Origin: Callorhinchus milii
Lineage: Eukaryota
Reading direction: 5' to 3'
Assembly (NCBI RefSeq): GCF_018977255.1
Contig: NW_024704743.1
Span: forward strand, 10,914,001-10,978,000
Length of the DNA: 64,000 bases
In this document: positions 1 through 12,604 of the stretch, one piece after another
How positions within the stretch are numbered: position 1 is the first letter of the stretch
How the letters are laid out: every line of letters starts with the position of its first letter
Notes under the pieces: generated by a model
What the model was told of the DNA's origin: nothing
What the model saw: the letters and a program-made list of their open reading frames with translations, nothing else
Database searches by the model: none
Made by a program: the position numbers and the translations under genes

Positions 1-170
1 TGATAGGATCACGGAGCCTGATGCGAGAGAGGACACGGGCTGCAGAGTTCTGGATGATCTGCAGCCTATGGAGGGAGGAGGTGGGGAGGCCGACAAGCAA
101 GGAGTTTGGGTAGTCAAGCCTCAATGTAATGAATGCATCTATGAGGGTTTTAGCGGCCTGCAGTGTGAGA
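1..170 (-). mobile_element. L2 LINE ORF2 fragment
   Basis: Similar to the L2 RT C-terminal region at 52900-53100 (gcagagttctggatgatctgcag...). Confidence 0.8.
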
Positions 171-559
171 TATTATTATTAAGTTGCATGTCTAAATATT
201 ACTACTATTTAGACATGCAATGTTTTCTAATGATGGCTGGAAACATGCTCCCTGCTTCACATCACATAAAGAAAATAACCTTCCAGGCATTCTAGAGTTC
301 ATATCATTTTATTTTTTTCAAACTTGCCAGTATATACTTTCTGTAACAGCACAGAGAATGGCAGTAATTATAACCTTCAATCTGCTCACTGGTGTGTGAT
401 ATTATTATGTAGTATGTAAAGTACTGTGTTTTCTCCATTACTCAAATGCATCTGAAATCCAAAAAACAAAAACCTCCAAGTGATTTTTTCGGTCAGGTTG
501 TTATTAAGGATAGATTAGACAGTCTTGGCTGTTGATCCTGCTTGTTTTGATTTCTCACA

Positions 560-1240
560 TTGTAAAATAAATGCCTTCCATAGAGCATTAGATCTAAAGC
601 TGCACTAATTCGCAGCCAAACATGCAGTATCAATGAGGGCTCTGACAGCCATGAAATTATTGTTGGACACCAGGAGAAAACTTCCTTCTTTTTGAGTTGT
701 GCTATGGGATCTTCAATGTCCACCTGAAGAGCAGATTCCAACAATGCATGCTACCTCCAGCACTGCAGTGGAGTGGCCAGTCCAACACTATGGCTTTAAA
801 GTCCCAATGTGGAGCTTAAACCCAAACCTTTCTGACAGTAGTGAGAGAGAGAGTGCTGCAACTGATCCAGGCTGACATCCATAAAAGTAGTGGGTACAAA
901 TCAAATCAGGCTCATTCTTTGATGATATGTTGTGTAGTGTCTGGGTATTTGTAGGCAAATTTGGCAGCCACAAACAGCCATGAAGTGTTTGACTGTTAGT
1001 AGGACATAGCTGTCACATTTGCCTACAAATGAAGACTAGCTAAAACTCCCTTTTCTTTTCAAATAATGTCATGGTTTATTTAACATCCACCCGAAAAAGC
1101 AGATGGGAACACAGTTTTCATCTCATCCAAAAGATGTCACCTCCAACAATGCAGCATTCCCCATTACAACACTGAAGTGTCAACCTAGACGGGCTTGAAT
1201 CTATAACCTTCTAATCCAAAATTCTCACAGCCAGCATGAC
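560..1240 (-). mobile_element. Two degenerate DeuSINE-type (SacSINE1-like) tRNA SINEs, family A
   Basis: Recurrent motifs gggatcttcaatgtccacctgaa, ctccaacaatgcagcattccc and aaccttctgac shared with other copies in the window. Confidence 0.7.
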
Positions 1241-1691
1241 ATACTTCCTATTAAGTGCTCTGAGTCACCACCCTATGTGAAGAGTTCTAAATAAATGCAA
1301 GTTGTTGTTTTTCCAGACACTATTCCAGTCACTATTAATGACCCTGCTACGAAATAATGCATATCAGACCCCATTGTTGAAAATAACCTTGCTACATATA
1401 TAGTGTTGGAGTGATTATAATGAACTTACTCTTATCTTGAAGATTCAGGGAACAATAAAACTTTCAGTGTGACCTCTGTGCTTAACAATATTATCAGAAC
1501 CCCTTTAATGAGACAACATTGTGTAAATCACTCCCATTCACCATTTACTCTCTGTGTGATAAAAGCTGTGTATACTCTATGCATTGCCCAAAAATCTGTA
1601 AATCTTCCTTATACTTACAGATCTTGGACTAATGGATTTCCCATTTGAACCTCACACTGACAAAGTTGATTAAATCAACTTGCCAAAGGTG

Positions 1692-2160
1692 TCACCCAGG
1701 CTCAGTTGGTAGCAATATTAGCTTGAGAATCAGAACATTGTGGGTTCAAGCCCAGAATGGGATTTTGAGCTCATAATCTATGGTGACACTCCAACGCAAA
1801 GCTGTGGAGCATTATACTGTATTATCAGAGGTGGCATCCTTCAGAGTCCCATCTGCTTTTGTATAGGTAGAAGTTAAAGATCTATTCAAAAAGAATACGG
1901 AGTTTCTCCTAAAACAAAAACAGAGATTGCTGGGAATACTCAGCAGGCTATGCAGCATCTATGAAGAAAGAAAAGTGGGTCAACGTTTCGGGTCCATGAC
2001 CCTTCATGTTTCTCCTGATGTGCTGGCCCAGATTGCCACGGATAAAATTGATCACTCACTTTCCATGGCTGTTTGTGGAACTTGCAGAAAATCCAGCGAA
2101 GTGCTTTGACAATGTAATAAGGGGTTATATCAAAACCAAATATGATATTTATTATTATTA
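1692..2160 (+). mobile_element. DeuSINE-type tRNA SINE, family A
   Basis: Box A ggctcagttggtagc, box B gggttcaagccc, Deu-like body gctgtttgtgga, (TTA)n tail. Confidence 0.75.
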
Positions 2161-2394
2161 AATACGTAAACAAGTAAAAAACTACTTTTTCTCAGCCACT
2201 GATATTGACCTTCAGGAAATAATCCTTATTGATTCTGGGCATCGATTGATTATCATTTAATAAAGTTACAATGATCAGATCACAAGTAATGTGAAACATA
2301 AGACAAATGGAGACACTGCCTGGCAAAAAAAAGGTCCAAATAAAATCACCCTTGGGACATTATAGTGTGCATTATAACCAACCCAGCTGTTCCC

Positions 2395-2620
2395 TTCCTT
2401 TGGCTGACACATCCCCCACTCACTTGGTACCCGTGCTCTGGAAATCCATTCTCTTTCCCTCTGACTTGCTCCCTCACTTGCCTTGTTGACTGTACTTTCA
2501 GTCACTTTCCCCTGCTCACCCCCCGTCAGCTCTGTTGCCCAGCCAGAATTGTCAAACGCTTTGGGACATCCTCCCAACGTGAAAGTCACTATATAAGTGG
2601 AAATTGTATTGTGTTGTATT
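2395..2620 (+). mobile_element. L2 3' end fragment
   Basis: ctctggaaatcc...gctttgggacatcctcccaacgtgaaag tail shared with other L2 copies. Confidence 0.65.
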
Positions 2621-2826
2621 AAACCATAGACATCTAACACACAAAAGGGAATTATTTGACCCATTGTACTATTATCAAAATCTATCTCTGGGATTACCAT
2701 GTGTAGTCGGGATGCATGGAAATCTCAGCTTGGTTTTGTAACTCTTAAGCATGGTAATGGGTTTCCGCATGTGCCAGACACCCGGCTGACCAAAAAAATA
2801 TATATAGAACACCCTCAATGTGAACA

Positions 2827-3003
2827 CCCTCCTCATTCTTCCTCCCAAAATGCATCATTTCACATTTCTCCACATTATAACAACAACAAAATTGCATTTA
2901 TATAGCGCCTTTCACATCAGGGGGACGTTCCATTAAACTTCATCTGCCTATGACCATTTGCAGTCTGCTACTATCCTCCTCACTGTTTACTACTTTTCCT
3001 AGT
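2827..3003 (-). mobile_element. CR1 ORF2 fragment (inverted piece of the CR1 at 4911), containing a short L2/SINE tail insert at ~2879-2931
   Basis: Reverse complement matches the CR1 sequence at 54060-54125 and 52290-52340. Confidence 0.8.
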
Positions 3004-3834
3004 GAGCTAGTATAATAACTTAGTATAATAAATTAGCATATATTTTCAGAGAAAGTTTGGTCCAAATAAAATCAAAACATACAATGTGCTGGTTCCCGTT
3101 TATCCCTGTAGTCAACTGAAATGTATTTCTTGTTAAATTAGGTTTAATGATTTTAAATTCTTTAATCCATCAATCAGCACAGTATCACAACACATTATAC
3201 AGAGGATGATAGATAGTTCGATCCCTCAGTTTGCTGTGCTTCCCCCAGCTCTGAGTCGTGCTCCGCCACTGTCAAGTGCTCTGGGATGCTGCCTTGCGTG
3301 AGGTGCGATATGTAAATGCAAGTTGTTGTTGTTGCGCGGTCTTGAGCCGATACAAATCAGGAAGGAACACATTTTACTTCCTGGTTCATACCGGGTAGCA
3401 CTCTCAACTCTGAGTGGGGACTTTAAAATAAGTCTTGTCTCTCTGTTCAGGTGTACGTTAAAGATCTCATGGCACTATTCAAAAAGAGAAGGGAGTTTCT
3501 CCTGCTATAAATAATCCTTGAAGTAGAAAATCTTATTTACTCTATGGATGTTTGTAGGTTTTGGAGATGTACAAATTGGCTGCCATGTTTGTCCTACAAA
3601 TAACAGTTAGTACACTTCACAGTAACTCAGCAAAAGATGTGATAAGGTAACTCAGAACATTTTTTAACATATAAAATGTTGGGGAAAATCCCCACCAGTC
3701 CCTAGGATTTCCCCAGCAGTCATTTCAAAATTACCCACCAACATCCATAATCATAACAAAGGTAATGGCAGTTTTGTCGGCAGTCGCTAAGTGGTCACCT
3801 TTTAAGTTTTCATAGAATTTTAGGCAAATTCTCC

Positions 3835-4315
3835 AACAACAACAACAACAAGATTCCATTTATAGAGCGCCTTTCACGTCAGGAGGACGTCCCAAGGCGC
3901 TGCACAGTTGGGTCATGACCCGAGCAGGGGGGAAATGGTCAGGGTGAGGGGAGGGAAGGGAGGGAGAGAGGAGGGGGGAAATGGTCTGGGTGAGGGGAGG
4001 GAAGGGAGGGAGCGAGGAGGAGGAAGAGAGTCGAGAGGGGAGCTGAAGGCTCGGTCAAAGAGAAAGGTTTTGAGACCGGGCTTGAAGGAGGAAAGGGAGG
4101 AGGCGGCGAAGGCACTGGGGGATGGAGTTCCAGAGCCTGGGGGCTGAGAGGCTGAAGGCCCGACCACCGATAGTAGGGCGGTTGGGGCGGGGGACGTGGA
4201 GCAGACCGGAGCCAGAGGAACGGAGGGTACGGGCAGGTAGGTAGGGGGATAGTAGGTTGGAGAGGTAGGAGGGAGCAAGGCCGTGAATGGCCTTGTAGGT
4301 GAGGATGAGGTGAGG
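3835..4315 (-). mobile_element. Young 5'-truncated L2 LINE
   Basis: (CAA)n tail; nearly identical to 52351-52880; encodes ...[14 protein letters not shown]. Confidence 0.9.
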
Positions 4316-4910
4316 TGAGAATATTATTTGATAATTAAAGACATTGTGTAATTATTACTTATTTGATTGCTGCTTTCATACTATTTAAATCATCTAAAGG
4401 TTAGAAATCTGTGCTCAATGTTTCTGGATGTGGGATCAAAGTGCCCCTTTGAGTTCAGTCCTCACCAGGGACAATTGCTTTAAAAAATGCCCTCAGGTAA
4501 CTTGGCACCAGGAAACCAGAGGGTCTGGAGATCCATGTAGCATTTCCTTAATGGGAGGAGGAGGAATAGAGATACAAATGTAAAGAAACTTATCTGGACT
4601 GATTAGAAAGCAATAATCTTAATAAAGAGTTCAGATGATGTAATCAGCTATATTGTGTTCACCTACAAAATTTGCAGTCACTACACATTACATTAAATCC
4701 TGTGAAGCACTTTGAGATATCCTCCTGATGTGAAAGGTGCTGTACAAAATGTAAGGATTATTTTATTAAATGCAAAGATAATTATTAATTTTCATTCAGT
4801 GCCTGAACCCTGGGATGAAATTCCTTCCCAGAAATCAATTGAGGGTGTTCTATATATATTTTTTTGGTCAGCCGGGTGTCTGGCACATGCGGAAACCCAT
4901 TACCATGCTG

Positions 4911-5665
4911 ATATAAGCTGATGGTACAATCTTATAAGCTGATGGTACAATCTTAATGGGGGTGAAGGCACACAGAGACCTGGGATTCATAAAAGCAAAT
5001 CTTTGAAGGTGGCAGTACAGGTAGATAAAGCTGTTAAAAAAGCATATGGGATACTAGGCTTTATAAATAGAATATAAAAGTTAGGAAGTTATGATAAACT
5101 TTTATAAAACACTGGTTAGGCCTCAGCTAGAGACTGTGTTCAGGTCTGGGCCCCACACTTCAGGAAGGATGTCAAGGCATTGGAGAGGGTGCAAAGGAGA
5201 TATACCAGGATGGTATCAGGAGAGACTAGAGAAGCTAGGATTATTCTCCTTGGAGCAGAGAAGGTTAAGAGGAGACTTAACAGAAGTTTTCAAAATTATG
5301 AGTGCGTTCGATATCGTGAACAAGGAGAAACTATTTCTGCTGGCGGGTGGGTCAGTAACCCAAGGACAATGATATAAAATAGTTGTTAAAAGAAATGGAG
5401 GGAGATGAGGAGAAATGTTTTCACACAACGAGTCGTTCGGATCTGGAATGCATTACCTGAAAGGGCGGTGGAAGGCGATTCGATAACAACTTTTAAGAGA
5501 GAAGTAGATAATTATTTGGGGAGGATAAGTTTGCAGGGCTATGGGGAGAGCGCAGGGGAGTGGATTTGAATTGGATAACTCTTTTCAAAGAGCCGGCACA
5601 GACACAATGGGCATAATGGCCTCCTTCTGTGCTGTATAATTCTATGATTCTATGATTCCATGATT
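4911..5665 (+). mobile_element. CR1 LINE 3' fragment
   Basis: YKTLVRPQLE and LEKLGLFSLEQRRLRGDLTEVFKIM motifs; CR1 terminal repeat (ATTCTATG)n at ~5638-5665. Confidence 0.92.
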
Positions 5666-8395
5666 AACAAAAAATAAACATATTGTAACTGACACCACCA
5701 GCAATTAGTGAAACAAGCTGAGTTACACTGACACAGTGGATTTTAATAATGGGGCAAAATACATGGTGAATATTAAACATTAATTTTGGAATCTACGATG
5801 AGCATATTAGCACAACTGACAATTCCAAAAAACAAACACAAAGACACGTACATGGCAGCCAGTATTGTACCACTAAATAACAATTTCTCTTTCCAGGGTG
5901 AGAATTCAATTCCAAAACATTGGAATTCCCTTATGTAGGAGGGATGTTCGGAACACTCAGTTTGGTTTTGATACTAATAAACATGGTGATGGGGATTCCA
6001 CATGTGTCAGACACCGACTGACCAAAAAGAGTAAATAACAATGGAGTTGTGGATCATGGATATGATTCGTATGTGACCTCAGTGCCATTAATAGGTTATT
6101 TTCATTTCAAATAACCCAACACCCAAAACCTTTCAGTCCTCAAACAGAATCAGCACAGCAGAGGTAGCCTTATCAAGATCAAACTGCAATATCATTTCCC
6201 AGCACTTCTTATTTTCCAAATAGAAATTCTACATCTTCTGACAGAATTATTTTCACTTCTCAATGCTCAGATTGTGCTATTCTTGCCCAACAAGATGACC
6301 CCATGCCTGTGGCACATTAATAATGTGTAATGCCCAGGTTTGGTGGCAATCACTGTTATCAGCCCACTAGGAGCAATGTTCTCCCACCTATATAAAAGCA
6401 CTTGATCAGGATCCTACATATAGTTCATGTTGCTTCATTACAAAACGTTTTGCAGATCATCAGCAAAAGTATAATTTAGTCCACTGACTGCAACTGATAC
6501 CTAATTCCCTACTCCTATGAAACAGTTTGTGAAAAAAGGTAGGCACCGTGGATAAGTATAAGTCTCCTTGTTGCTCTTCCACACTGGAAGAATCACACAG
6601 CGTTGCCTCTTTACGCTGATATGCAGAGTGAGCATTTGGTACAGAACTTTCAAAATAAAAGCAGCTGCAGGAAATTATTAATACTGAAACTCCAAGATTC
6701 CCACTTTGTTCAGAAATTTAAATTGTTCTGATTGGAGGTTAAACAAATTAATTTGGGGAATGCGTGAAAAAAAGAGAGATAATTTTGTTGTGTGTGAAAC
6801 ACTACAGTGTTGATTTAAAGCAGATTTGGATTTCTATAATGTGAACTGCATAGAAACTGCCAGTGTGTAGCAAAACATATTCTTAGTAAAGGACTACAGA
6901 TATCCAGATGTCAGACCTTCAGATATGGATCATTGTTGGCAGTGCAGCACTGTTTGGAATCATGTGTCTGGTATCAGTGTGTTTGTGTGTGTGTCGAGGG
7001 GGTTGGAGGGAGGCGGGAAAGAGGCAAACACAGATTGTAAGGAAATGTTGAAATATTCCCCCAAACTTTTGAGTCCTGGAAGTCATCACTTACATACAGT
7101 TTCACTCAAAAACACACACAGTCACATCACTTTACAGTATATCCCCTGAAGCTCTTTGAGACATCTCAACGACAGGATAGGGCACTATATCAAATGAAGG
7201 ATTATTAGTCAATCTATTGTGACCACAGTCACCAATCCGTTTCACCATTGTAAATCAATGCTTTATATTGTGTTTATTTATACAATAAATTTTGCTTTTT
7301 AGAGGGGCATTTTTGGCAACTTTTACTTAGTTTTAAATAGGTAACAACTTGTTTTTTTGGAACGTCTTCAGAACGATCTCAGATTATAAATCCACTTGTT
7401 ACTTTCTGAAAGGATAACGCCCTGAGTAAAAACATATCTCTTGTGCAAACTGTCAAACACCCACACATGTAATGCACAGAGCTACAATAACTGGAAACAT
7501 AAAGTACACTAATACTCTTGGGGGTAATTAGCAATATTTCTGAAACGGAATGGTAAAAACTAATTGTGATTCCCCATATTTTACGGCATTCCCAAATTGT
7601 AATTTCCGATCAAACTTTAGCAGTCTTTCGAAGTCAGAATTAGTACTTTTAGGAAGGTCAAAATTTATGGGGAACACAAAGAGTTCTTTCCCAATCCTTT
7701 TGGAAGTATTGTAAATTACCTTTCTCCAAGTGGAATGGTCAACCACAGCAGTAATACTGAATGTGAAATGTTTCTTCCACAAAATAAGGAAATCATCCAT
7801 TCCAATATAAGGGTTTTATTGGTGATCTACAAGAAGGTCTGTCATCACTGTACTATGCAATACTGTACAAATTTGCAATATATATTCTTTTTCTTTGTTT
7901 TGTTCTAATGATTTGTAACTCAGTGATGCAAGTGATATATTCTGGATATTCATTGACAGCCTGGCTCAGTTGGTAGTATTACTGCCTCTGAGTCAGAAGA
8001 TTCAAGCCTCAAGTCAGGTTGCAACATTCACTTTATGGTTGTTTGTAGCATGTGGCTGTGTACAAATATTTGCCAATGAATATATAGTCGGTAAACTGCA
8101 CAGCAAACAACTACAGTAATGTCCCAAGACACTGGACTCCATTCCAATCCCTTTGACTCACCTCCTTCAAGTTCCACCCCAAGGCCTTCCTCTTTGACCA
8201 CGCTTTCAGCAATCTTTTCCCCTGGTCCACCACCCCCCCACCAGCTCCCACCCCACCATTCACGTGCAAATCGTAGACTTCCCAGAACCTTCAAAGGTCC
8301 TCCAAGCATGAAAAACACTATATAAAGGTTATTGCGTATAGTATTTCGCTCTTTTAAAGTTTTGTAAGCTTTTCAAGTTCTTTTAAGAACTACAG

Positions 8396-8756
8396 TAATA
8401 ATAATCCTTGCATTTGATATAGCACCTTATCACGTCTTCTAGACCTCTGAAAGTGCTTCACAGAATATACTGTAAAGTGAATTGACTGTATATTTTGTGC
8501 ACGAAAATGGAAACCAATTGCGCACAGCAGTGTCCTACAAACAGTCGTGGATTGAGTGACCAAATTATTATCATTATTTTCTTGAAGGGATTATTATACC
8601 CAGAAAAGCAATCCACCAAATGACTAACAACCTACTTACTGCTAGGTAAACAGACGCATGAGAAAACTCGCCCAACATTTTGCCCTGCCCAGGAATCGAA
8701 CCCAGATCCTCTCGTTTGCGAGGTGAGTGCTCTAACCACAAAGCTACAGGACTCCA
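8396..8756 (-). mobile_element. tRNA-derived SINE, family B, full-length long form
   Basis: Minus strand starts TGGAGTCCTGTAGCT..GGTTAGAGCAC (box A) and GGTTCGATTCC (box B), then a Deu-like segment, an L2-like tail and (ATT)n. Confidence 0.88.
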
Positions 8757-9030
8757 ACTGCAGAAAATGGACTGCAGAGTTAAGACTGAATTCAACAATT
8801 TGCCAAATAATGAATGCTCTGAAATTGTGCATAAAGGAAATAAATTTAGAGTGGAATAGGTGGAATAGGTGGAATTTCTACCCAGTAATGTCTTGATTTA
8901 ATTTCCACCTCTCCTAAAGGAACTGAGTCACAATGCTACTGTGGTTATAAAGGTTCCGGCAGCTACCCAGTGACTTGCCAATGTGACCGTTCTTAATGTA
9001 GGCAGAGATTACCAACAAGGTGTCTGCAGG

Positions 9031-9255
9031 AACAACAACAACAAGATTCCATTTATAAAGCGCCTTTCACGTCAGGAGGACGTCCCAAGGCGCTGCACAG
9101 TTGGGTCATGACCCGAGCAGGGGGGACATGGTCAGGGTGAGGGGAGGGGAGGGAGAGAGGAGGGGGGAAATGGTCAGGGTGAGGGGAGGGAAGGGAGGGA
9201 GCGAGGAGGGGGAAGAGAGTCGAGAGGGGAGCTGAAGGCACGGTCAAAGAGAAAG
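9031..9255 (-). mobile_element. Young L2 3' end
   Basis: Nearly identical to 52360-52630 apart from repeat copy number. Confidence 0.9.
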
Positions 9256-10014
9256 ATTGGCTTTGAGCCAAGAGAAAGGAAAGATTGGCTTTGAGCCAAG
9301 TCTAGTCTTCGCCCACTGTTCTATCATTTCCACTGGCGGGGGGAGGTGGGAGTGGGGGTTATTGGATAATGAAGCAGAAATTCCATGTAATTTATTTCCT
9401 CTCTATAACTAGATGAAATTATTAACTTGTCGAATTGATTCACAATTCTGATGCCCGTACCAAACACCCAGCAAACCAGTCCTTTCCAGGATCCATTGGC
9501 TCCGTTTTTTCAAAATGGATCAATTTCAAGATCCTGACACTCACCTACAAATCACTTCATGCCCCAGTACTTCCCTACCACTTCAACCTGTTCAGACCCT
9601 AATCCTCTACCCACCCCCTTCATCAGTTCAATTCAATTTCATCTCTATATATTGTAGCAAGTCTCTCTCGGTGCAAGTCACAGTGAGGCCACTACTCATG
9701 AAACAGGAAACGAACATAAATCAATGAGACATACTTGGAAAATTGTTTTGGATTAGCATACTTCTCATTATATTACACAAAAAGTATCGATATCTTAAGC
9801 CAAAAATTGAAAAATGTACCAGCCCATTAGGAAGGCAATTTACAGAGTGAGCACAACTGTGCCTAAAGTTGTAAATGAAAAGCCAATAAACTTTGCAGAC
9901 ACATGGGCTAAGTGGTAAACTTCTGCACTTTACTTCAATACAAAGAAAACAATGTGAATTGCCATAGGGATTTTATTGTGTGGGAGGAAAGCAGGGTAAA
10001 AACATAAGAAGTTG

Positions 10015-10350
10015 ATAGTTGGTAGCACTCTCACCTCCAAATCAAAAGATCGCCGGTTCACTTTCCAAAACTTACATAGTCTAGGCTGACGCTCCCATGT
10101 AGTGCAAAGAAAGTGCTGCATTCCGGAGATGCCATCCTTCAGAGGAGATGTTTAACTGAAGTCCCGAGTTTCTCCTGATGTCCAGGTCAAGAATCCCCCA
10201 GATAAAATTGCTTTTAACTTGATTGGTTGTCATTGTGGACATTGCTGCATCCAAATGGGCTCTGTGTAACAAAATGCATAATTACTACACTTTACAGTAC
10301 ATCCTGTGAAGCACTTTGAGATGCCTTCACTACATGAATGGCGCTATAAT
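10015..10350 (+). mobile_element. DeuSINE-type SINE, family A
   Basis: agttggtagcactctc head, ctaggctgac, gagtttctcctg and gtgaagcactttgaga tail. Confidence 0.7.
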
Positions 10351-10591
10351 GGACTCGGCCTCCACCACCCTATTTGGCAGGACATTCCTTATCCCTTTTC
10401 ATCAAGTACTTACCCAATTCCTTCCTCAGTGCTGTTAAGGAATCAGTTTCCCCAGCTATTTTTGGTTTTGTGGTGAAGTATTTCACATTCTAACAAGTTC
10501 ATTCTTTTCATGATTCCTTCACATTAGCTCAATATCTTATAATGTTTGCATATTATAATAGAGTATAGGGAAAGAAAGAAGCAAAACATTT

Positions 10592-10865
10592 TATAATAAT
10601 AATCCTTGCATTTGATATAGCGCTTTTCACGTCGGGAGGACCTTACAAAGCGCTTCACAGAACACACTGTAAAGTGAATTGACTGTATATTTGTGGGCGA
10701 ACGTGGCAGCCAATTGCGCACAGCAATGTCCCACAAACAGTCGTAGATTGAAAATGACCAATTTATTATTGGTTTTGGTTTTTGGAGGGATTATTCTTAG
10801 GCGTGTGGAGTAAGGAAAATTGCCCAAGGTTTCGCCCTGCCTGGAATTGAACTCAGGTCTTTCAC
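10592..10865 (-). mobile_element. SINE family B, short form, 5'-truncated
   Basis: Matches 46875-47120 and 50367-50683. Confidence 0.85.
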
Positions 10866-11096
10866 ATTATAGCGCCTTCTGGAATTGAGACATCACTAAG
10901 TTCAGTAATTACTGTCAAGCACAATAGACAATTTGCACAATGTAAGAGCCCACAAACAGCAATGAGGTGAAAACACAATTTTTCTGGAAAAAAAACCCTT
11001 TTTGTTAATGAATAGTATAATTGTATCAATAAAAATCCACTTAACCGGACAGAAGGGACCTGGTTTTAACATGTCATATGTATAGATGCAAGCAAC

Positions 11097-11470
11097 TGGA
11101 GTCCTGTAGGTATTGGTTAGAGCACTTGCTCACAAGCGAGAGGACCCTGGTTTGATTCCTGAGCTGGGCAACACCTTAAGCAAGTTTCCTTATTCCACAC
11201 GTCACTGTTTACTTAGCAGTAAATAGGAACCCGGATGTTAGTCAATTGGCGGATCGCTTTCCAGGAGTAATAATCCCTTCAAAAAAATAAATAAATAAAA
11301 ATAATGATTTAGTCATTCAATCCATGACTGTTTGTGGGATTCTGTTATGTGCAATTGTCTACCGCATTTTGCCCACAAAATATACAGTCAATTAATTTTA
11401 CTGTATACTCTGTGAGGCACTTTGAGATATCTCACGATATCAAATATAAGGATTATTATTATTAAATATC
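11097..11470 (+). mobile_element. SINE family B, long form
   Basis: tggagtcctgtagg..ggttagagcac head, central ctgtttacttagcagtaaataggaacc, (ATT)n tail. Confidence 0.85.
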
Positions 11471-11489
11471 AAATGATATATCATATGCA

Positions 11490-11870
11490 AGGCTTATTAT
11501 TTTATTTTTGAACATATTGGAAATGTCAAAAGACATCTCAAAGTGCTTCACAGGATTTTGCTATAAAATGCAGTAACCCTGAATTTGAGGGCAAACATGG
11601 CAGCCAATTTTCTCACAGCAAAATCCCACAAACAGCCAGGAAGTGAATGATTAATTTTACCTTGAGAATTCTTGGCCACAACACCAGGAGAAACTTGCTT
11701 CGCTTTTTGAATACTGCCTGGGATCTTTAAGATTAACTGGACCAGACAGATGGTACCTGGGTGTAACACCTCATCTGAAGGACAGACCCTCCAACAGTTA
11801 CGGAATATCCCAGTGCTGCATTGAAGTGTCAGCCGAGGCTGTATCTGTGCTGGTATGAACTTGAGTCAAC
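11490..11870 (-). mobile_element. DeuSINE-type SINE, family A
   Basis: Family A motifs in reverse orientation. Confidence 0.7.
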
Positions 11871-12604
11871 TTTACGGGTATGTTTCATGCTCCAGAGCTG
11901 CACCAAAGTATATCGACTTGAAAACATGTCATTGCTGAAGACAATACAAGATGAACAAGATGACGTCAGTACCTCCAGCCAGCCACGCAGTCAAACTTCT
12001 TGACACTCCACTGACATGCCTCCATCAGTCTTAGGGAGGTGTCACCTGCATTGGAATTGTTACCAACTGCTCTGAGGGGATGTAAACAGAACCACCTTTG
12101 AGGGATTTATTCCACTGGAAGTGACTGCAATGAATTCATGCCAAGGTATTTTTGTAAACGTATCTGATGGGATCATTATGAAAAGGACCTTTCGTTAATT
12201 AAAAACTTCCATAAATAAGATAATGTATGAGAGTGTACTTTCTTACCAATAAAGATAAAATGCTTTTGAAATATTGCTGTATTGCAATCGTACTCTGCAC
12301 TGTTGTTTCCATTGCATTTGACTGGAATAACCTCAGCTGGCAAAGTTAGAGCAGAGGCAGAGTTGAGCTTTGTAATTAGGGCTGCTATTTGACAATTTAA
12401 TTCTAAAGTTGAATCAATGATTTAATCGCGTCCTTATTTGAAATTTCAAAATCTGACTTACTAAGTTAAAAAATGATCTTGAGGATAAAATTCCTTCTTT
12501 CCATGCAAATTAGCACTGCAATTCCTAGAATTGTAAATAGGAGCTCATTTTGAAGAAAAATTGCAATTAATATCTTGTTATTGGTGATGCAATTTTTTCA
12601 CATG

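Noticed and set aside
7528..7800. 90-aa ATG-initiated ORF in unique sequence
   Set aside because: No recognisable domain or splice context; the length is within chance expectation.
8850..8876. Short tandem repeats (gtggaatag x3; also ~22215-22240, ~23650-23695, ~35275-35302)
   Set aside because: Ordinary slippage duplications with no further structure.
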